Source: the human T2T-CHM13v2.0 reference genome, Homo sapiens
Assembly: GCF_009914755.1 (NCBI RefSeq)
Contig: NC_060929.1
DNA length: 64,000 nt
Reading direction: 5' to 3' (one strand)
Position 1 is the first letter of the stretch; each line of letters starts with the position of its first letter. The position numbers were made by a program, and so were the translations under genes. The notes under the pieces were generated by a model. It searched no databases, was not told the DNA's origin, and saw only the letters and a list, made by a program, of their open reading frames with translations. Below are positions 56,599 to 64,000 of this stretch, in pieces.

Positions 56599-57602
56599 TT
56601 ACAATTTGGCATGTTTTTGCAGTGGCTGGTACCAGTTGTTCCTTTCCATGTTTAGTGCTTCCTTCAGGAGCTCTTGTAGGGCAGGCCTGGTAGTGACAAA
56701 ATCTCTCAGCATTTGCTTGTCTGTAAAAGATTTTATTTCTCCTTCACTTATGAAGCTCAGTTTGGCTGGATGTGAAATTCTGGGTTGAAAATTCTTTTCT
56801 CTAAGGACGTTGAATATTGTCCCCCACTCTCTTCTGGCTTATAGAGTTTCTGCCGAGAGATACGCTGTTAGTCTGATGGGGTAACCCAACCTTTGTCTCT
56901 GGCTGCCCTTAACATTTTTTCCTTCATTTCAACTTTGGTGAATCTGACAATTATGTGTCTTGGAGTTGCTCTTCTAGAGGAGTATCTTTGTGGCATTCTC
57001 TGTACTTCCTGTATTTGAATGTTGGCCTGCCTTGCTAGATTGGGGAAGTTCTCCTGGATAATACCCTGCAGAGTGTTTTCCAACTTGGTTCCATTCTCCC
57101 CATCACTTTCAGGTACACCAATCAGACATAGATTTGATCTTTTCACATAGCCCCATATTTCTTGGAGGCTTTGTTCATTTCTTTTTATTCTTTTTTCTCT
57201 AAACTTCTCTTATCGCATCATTTCATTCATTTGATCTTCCATCACTGATACCCTTTCTTCCAGTTGATCGAATCAGCTACTGAGGCTTGTGCATTCGTCA
57301 CGTAGTTCCCATGCCTTGGTTTTCAGCTCCATCAGGTCCTTTAAGGACTTCTCTGCATTGGTTATTCTAGTTAGCCATTCGACTAATTTTTTTCCAAGGT
57401 TTTTAACTTCTTTGCCATGGCTTTGAACTTCCTCCTTTAGCTTGGAGTAGTTTGATCGTCTGAAGCCTTCTTCTCTCAACTTGTCAAAGTCATTCTCTGT
57501 CCAGCTTTGTTCTGTTGCTGGTGAGGAGCTGCATTCCTTTGGAGGAGGAGAGGCACTCTGATTTTCAGAGTTTCCAGTTTTTCTGCTCTGTTTTTTCCCC
57601 AT
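56599..57602 (-). pseudogene. L1 ORF1, disrupted
   Basis: Starts MGKKQSRKTGNS, has a premature stop at 57273, and has a ~13-bp frameshifting deletion near 56880. Confidence 0.95.
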
Positions 57603-58793
57603 CTTTGTGGTTTTATCTACCTTTGGTCTTTGATGATGGTGACGTACAGATGGGGTTTTGGTGTGGATGTCCTTTCTGTTTGTTAGTTTTCCTTCTAACA
57701 GTCAGGACCCTCAGCTGCAGGTCTGTTGGAGTTTGCTGGAGGTCCACTCCAGACCCTGTTTGCCTGGGTATCAGCAGCAGAGGCTGCAGAACAGCAAATA
57801 TTGATGAACAGCAAATGTTGCTGCATGATTGTTCCTCTGGAAGTTTTGTCTCAGAGGAGTACCCAGCTGTGTGAGGTGTCAGTCTGCCCCTACTGGGGGG
57901 TGCCTCCCAGTTAGGCTACTTAGGGGTCAGGGACCCACTTGAGGAGGCAGTCTGTCTGTTCTCAGATCTCCAGCTGCATTCTGGGAGAACCACTACTCTC
58001 TTCAAAGCTGTCAGACAGGGACATTTAAGTATGCAGAGGATTCTGCTGCCTTTTGTTTTCCATGCCCTGCCCCCAGAGGTGGAGTCTACAGAGGCAGGCA
58101 GGCCTCCTTGAGCTGCGGTGGGCTCCACCCAGTTCGAGCTTCCTGGCCACTTTGTTTACCTACTCAAGCCTCGGCAATGGCGGGTGCTTCTCCCCCAGCC
58201 TCGCTGCTGCCTTGCAGTTTGATCTCAGACTGCTGTGCTAGCAATGAGCGAGGCTCCATGGCAATGGACCCTCTGAGCCAGGCACGGGATATAATCTCCT
58301 GGGGTGCCGTTTGCTAAGACTGTTGGAAAAGTGCAGTATTAGAGTGGGAGTGACCCGATTTTCCAGGTGCCATCTGTCACCCCTTTCTTTGACTAGGAAA
58401 GGGAATTCCCTGACTCCTTGTACTTCCCGGGTAAGGCGATGCCTCGCCCTGCTTCAGCTCATGCTCGGTGTGCTGCACCCACTGTCCTGCACCCACTTTC
58501 CAACACTCCCCAGTGAGATGAACCCAGTACCTCAGTTGTAAATGCAGAAATCACCTGTCTTCTGCGTCGCTCACACTGGGAGCTGTAGACTGGAGCTGTT
58601 CCTATTCAGCCATCTTCATGTTTTTTTCCATATAACCCATTTCAAGTTTATTTTTGTATATGTTGTGAGGTATGAGTGAAGATTCATTTTTTTTTCCATA
58701 CAGATAGCTGGTTGTTCCAGCAATATTTGTTGAAAGTCTATCCTTTTCTCCAGTGATTTACACCTTGATATCTTTGTAAAAACAAACAAAATA

Positions 58794-59077
58794 AGCCAGG
58801 CATGGTGGCGCACACCTGTAATCTCAGTCTTTTGGGAGGCCAAGGCAGGAGGATTGCTTTAAGTGAAGGAGCTTCAGAACAGCCTGGGCAACATAGCAAA
58901 GGCCTATCTCTAAAAAAAACTTTTAAATTAGCCAGGCACGGTGGCATGCACCTGTGGTCCTAGCTACTCAGGAGGCTGAGGTGGGAGGATCACTTGATCC
59001 CAGGAGTTTGAGGCTGCAGCAAGTTATGATCATGCCACTGCACTCCAGCCTGGGTGACAGAGCAGGACCTTATTTCT
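58794..59077 (+). mobile_element. AluJ SINE
   Basis: Dimeric J-type Alu flanked on both sides by the TSD taaaaacaaacaaaa. Confidence 0.93.
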
Positions 59078-60744
59078 AAAAACAAACAAAAATTCAACTG
59101 ACCATATATGTGTGGGTCTATTTCTGAACACTCTATTTTGTTCCATTGATCTATAAATATGACCCAGCAATTCCACTCCTAGTTACTTACCCAATAGAAG
59201 TTAAAAGCATTCATTGCCATGAATGCTCACGGCAAACAAAAGCTCTGTACATGAATGCTCATGACAACCCTACTCATAATAGTCTCAAGCTGGAAACAAT
59301 CCAGATGGCCATCAACAGGTGAATGGATAAGCAAGCTATACAATGGAAAGTAGTCAGCAATAACAAAGAATTACTGATATACACAAGAACATGGACAAAT
59401 CTAAAAAAGATTGTGCTAAGGGAAAGAAGCCAGACACTAAAGATTAAATACTGTATGATTCCACTTATACATAAAATTTATCTACGGTGACAGAAAGTAG
59501 ATGAGAGGTCTCCTGGGACTGAGGGGCTGAGTATAAAGGGGCATGAGGAAAGTTTGGGTAATAAAAATGTTCTAAATCTTGATGGTGGTGGTATTTACAT
59601 GCGTGAATACATTTGTTAAATCTCAAACTGTATACTTAAAATGGATGCATTTTATTGCATATAAGTTATTCCTCATTAAAATTGATCTTTTAAAAAGCAG
59701 TCTTCCCTGTTATCAATACAAGCTTCCCATTCTAGAACTTTACCAAAGGGTTTGTCTACATTCATAAATATGAACAACACAGTTATAAATATAAATATTT
59801 CAGGCTGTCTCTTGTTTCTATTGACTACTTCTAAAGTGCTTTCACAAGGCTAATATTTTAAACCAACACTTAAGATTGGGCTTAGTACAATGGATGGCCT
59901 TACCTAGTGGAGATACACTTATTACTAATGTACTTATTGATCTGCTCTGGTTGTTTATTTTCTGGATTCCCATAAAGCATTGGTATGGCAAAAGACTATG
60001 ATCCTGGAGACATGAGAGAATATTCAACAAAGATATATCCTACTGCACATTATCTCCTGCTCCCATGTGTGGCTTTTCATCTGTGTCACGTCAAACATCC
60101 TCCACAACCTGCCCTCCAAAAAAGAATGACCTGAAATCCTGCTGACAAATTCATCTCCAAAAAAAAAAAGAGAATACCACATGCATTTTCTGAAGCAAAT
60201 GACAACTCTAATAATGTTGCTGAATCACAATATAACACAGCACTACAAAGAACTGAAGCTTGCCCAGATATCTGTGTTTGCACGCCAGTGTCTGGATGCT
60301 GATCACACATCTACAACCTCTGGTTTAGCAAACTATATATCAAAGCTTCTCAAGCTGGGACCTGCTTACCTCTATCAGTGCCCTGCATTTTACCAGAGAG
60401 TAAAGCAAGCCACTAAATAGCATGGTGCATATTTTCTTGAGTGTCAATTTTACATGGAAATTTAGAAAGGATAAAATGAAAATGTTTTCATGGTAAAAGA
60501 GTCACACTATATTATAGAATAGAAAGCCATATTCACAAAATTTATTAAGATGTTTAAAAAGACATTTCCTACTGCAGTACATGCTTCTAGTTAAACTCCC
60601 CAAACCCTCAAACCCCCTTTGGGGTATGCATTCATCTTCTATATTGTTAAGGGTACATTACAGAAAAAAAAAAAAAAAAAAAGGTTGCCAGAAGTACACC
60701 AACTCATTCTAGCTTAGCGTCTATCCAGAAATTAGGTACTACAC

Positions 60745-60930
60745 CCAACAGCTGGGCTCCAACCCTGGCTTGGCCACATCTCTACAATATGACCTTTGAA
60801 GGATTGCTATAGTTTTTGCATCCATAAAATAGACATGACAAGAGTACCTGGCTTATAAAGTACTGCACAGTTCATATGCCTGGCCAACAGTAAATGATCA
60901 ATTAGTGTTAGCTGCCTATCATCATTGCTG
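60745..60930 (+). mobile_element. MIR relic
   Basis: ctgggctccaaccctggct...catccataaaat...tgcctggc...agtaaatgatcaattagtgttagctg. Confidence 0.65.
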
Positions 60931-61596
60931 TTATTTGACTGTTGCTTTTAATCTATATATACCATGGCATAACTTTTTTACATATCAACTGCAGTCCATT
61001 TGGTGATAAGATTATCAACTGCTTACTCCCCAATGCAGAGGGAGGCAATGAGAATTCTGGACACCCAATGTGAACGCACACCTTTTCAGGAACTCTTACT
61101 CAGGTACGGTATACTCTTTGGATACCAACTGACATCAACAAAAGAAATGAGGGCTTTTCAGGGCTGAGCTTTGACAAATTACCTGAAGCAATCTTGATGC
61201 TCGACATATTTCTAACAAGGGCAGCCTGGTGAGTTATTCTCCTACATTTGTAGGATATTTCTATGGAACGAATGTGGATCATCTCCCCTAGAAAAACTCT
61301 GGAAAATTCTTATTACATGTGACCTGAGTTTCCTCAAACATCATATACCTATAGGCCTTGCTCTAACCTATGGGTGACTGCCTAAACATGATGTAAGAAC
61401 TCCTGCTACCAGAAGTGCCACCCAGTTATTTCTGGGAGTCCCCAGAAGCAAAAACAAGAGTTCACAAGGAATCCTTCCCAGTCTGGCACCCCCATTGCTC
61501 AGTCCTACCCGCACAACACCCTGAGAGTGCTGACATCTCTGCCAGGGGTCACAGATGCCAACGGACTTCCATAAGGTGCACCACAATATTGCTGTA

Positions 61597-61962
61597 TGTG
61601 GCACAGAGTGAGTGGTCCACCAACCATTCACATTCTCCTTCCAGAGTAGATGCACTGCTGGGAAGCAGCTTCCAAGCCAAGGACTTCATTTCCCAGACCC
61701 CTCTGCATGTAGGTGGGACCATGTGACTAATTCTTCCTAATGAAGTGACTAGAAATAATGTGTGTCACTTCCAGGTCGAACGGTTAAGAGAGTGGGTATG
61801 CCTTCTCATATTCTTTCCCCATTTGCCAGTGGATTCAGAGAGAGCAGCTGCCCCCAGTAGCCTAGGTCCCTGAATGATGCCAAGAAGCAGAACCCTCCCC
61901 CAACCCACTGAGGTGCTGGGATTTCTCTCCTATAGCAGCTAGTATTATCTTTACTAAAAGCA
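61597..61962 (+). mobile_element. MLT1J-like solo LTR
   Basis: tgtggca...catttcccagacccctctgcatgtaggtgggaccatgtgactaattct...aagca, with TSD ctgta/ctgtg. Confidence 0.75.
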
Positions 61963-62326
61963 CTGTGTTCACTGCTGAAGTGGAGAGAAGCCTTTCTCCA
62001 CAACACTGGTTGATACTTTTATGCTTGGGCCCAAAAGCAGTGTGGGCTGTGCTCATGTATCTCACCAATGTCCCCATAAAAACACAGTTTTTTTCATTTA
62101 CTCTGGAAGAAGCAGCTAAGCAGGGCCAGGGTTAGGAAGAAGCCAAGGGCATGGGCAAGGGCTGAGCTCTATGTGGTCTCCCTTGTTTTCTCACAAAGGT
62201 GCATCCAGAATCCCCCATGGAGTAAGATGCCTACCAGGCCAAAGATCTCAGAACTATGATCTCCCTACTACTCCACTCTGGGTTGGAACCCAGAAACAAC
62301 TTGTCTTACCGTAAAAGGCAGTAACT

Positions 62327-62645
<319 letters not shown>

Positions 62646-63454
62646 TCAGCAAGTCATTGTTACCCTGGCCAAGTCCTGTTTCCATGCTCAAAGGTACTGC
62701 TGTGCCAGGAGTAAGCTCCCTTTACTTGTACCTGCACTGTAGAACCCAGAAGTTTTCCATTTCTGTCCACTTCAGGACTTTCTATGGATAAGCCAAGCCA
62801 TGACCCAGCACAAGTCACTCCCTGGGGCCACTGTAGACATACCAATCTCTTTGTAACCTGGCTGGACTCAGGTTAAAAACAAGTTAGAATGTGTGAAGGA
62901 AGGAGAAAGTGGAGAGGACAGTAGTAGGAGAGAGACTGAGAGGGTAGACTGTATCCTTTATACAACAAAGAACCTTCATTCAGCCTTTTAACCTCTTAAG
63001 CAAGAGGTTTCTGAGACACAGTCACATCACTAGGAGAGTCATGTAGGGAAAATGGAAAGGCAGGGAAGCCCAGTTCAGAGGCAATCACAGCCAACCAACC
63101 AGGCGAGATGGCCATGGGAGAGCCAGTCCCCAACCTGTCCTTCAAGGCAACTCCACCGACTCTTCCTGGAGTTACTCATGGTTTGCTGGACCTCATGGAA
63201 TCTAACTTCCTTTCACTGTTTGTGTCAACCATTTTCATTCTGCATCTTTCCCTGGAAAATTTGTAGACTCTGTCTACTCACTGAATGGAAATGTTGCGTT
63301 CTCCCTCAGATAAGCTTTCCAGAAGCACTAGTTCATCCCTGTTAGGCATTAAGTTCTCCCTCAATGTCCTGCTGCCAAACTGTGGGTCCCCTCTGGCTCT
63401 CCTCACTGGCCTCTAGCCCACCCACCCGCAAAGACAGACAACCAGAATTATGGG

Positions 63455-63960
63455 AGTTGTCCTAACACCTCCCTCTTCCTAATTCCTCCACCTTAAAGTA
63501 AAACACTAAATCCTATCCATTCTGCCTCCTGAGTTTCTCTCAAGCCCTTCAGCTTCTCTCCATCTCCACTGCTGCCATCATCCAAGCCAATAACAGCTCT
63601 CTCGCATGGACTGATGGAACTCCCTCCAACCTGAGTGCCCTTGTTCTTCCCCAACCTGTTTTCATCCTGCAAGAAGAATGATCTTTTACAGACTTACATC
63701 TGATGATGGTACTCTCACCCTACCTTGAGTGGTTTCCCTTTATTCTTTGGATAAATACCAAAATTTCCACATGGTTTTCATGATGCTGTGAGGATCTGGG
63801 CCCTGCCTACTTTTCCAGCAGTCTTTGCTTTTCTCCTATTCACTCATTGTTTTCCCACAGATTGGTCTCCTTTCAGTTCCTGAAATGCAGCAGGATTCTG
63901 CTTTCTCAGGCTGCTGTGTCTCTGGAAATAGACGTGACTCTGCCCCTTGGGATCACATAT
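63455..63960 (+). mobile_element. L2 3' region
   Basis: aaatcctatccattctgcctcct...ttctctccatctccactgctgcca...tggtttcccttt...ggatctgggccctgcctac. Confidence 0.8.
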
Positions 63961-64000
63961 CCCGCAAAACATAATCCCACAGAAAACTTACATGTACCCT

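Noticed and set aside
60664-60682. Isolated A19 tract as a solo-polyA retro-insertion or processed pseudogene tail
   Set aside because: There is no convincing TSD, upstream polyA signal or mRNA-like body.
61100-61287. Exon-like minus-strand segment
   Set aside because: The acceptor is interrupted by purines, two frames contain early stops, and the peptide is unrecognisable.

Overview
This is primate (human-like) genomic DNA with no intact protein-coding gene, RNA gene, CpG island or prokaryotic-type system that I can support. Roughly half of it is interspersed repeat: many MIR and L2 relics, hAT-Charlie MITEs (MER33, MER58A, MER102, MER117), MaLR solo LTRs, one complete MSTA provirus, five Alus, several old L1 fragments and one full-length, inactivated L1PA4-type element (minus strand, about 52.5-58.6 kb). 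All the long protein-like ORFs in the track are L1 or MaLR remnants. Unique sequence looks A/C-rich on the + strand, and the best splice-site pairs lie on the - strand, so the window is probably intronic to a large minus-strand transcription unit that I cannot name. The clearest sequence-level oddities are: (1) nested target-site duplications around the L1PA4 that point to a ~430-bp 3' transduction; (2) a 52-bp piece of unique DNA copied from 1.8 kb away into the MSTA internal region; (3) an ancient twin-primed (5'-inverted) L1 that hosts the L1PA4; and (4) several small candidate minus-strand exons, including an AG|GT recursive-splice-like site. Repeat family names come from my recall of consensus sequences, not from a database search. 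Boundaries of old repeats are approximate.
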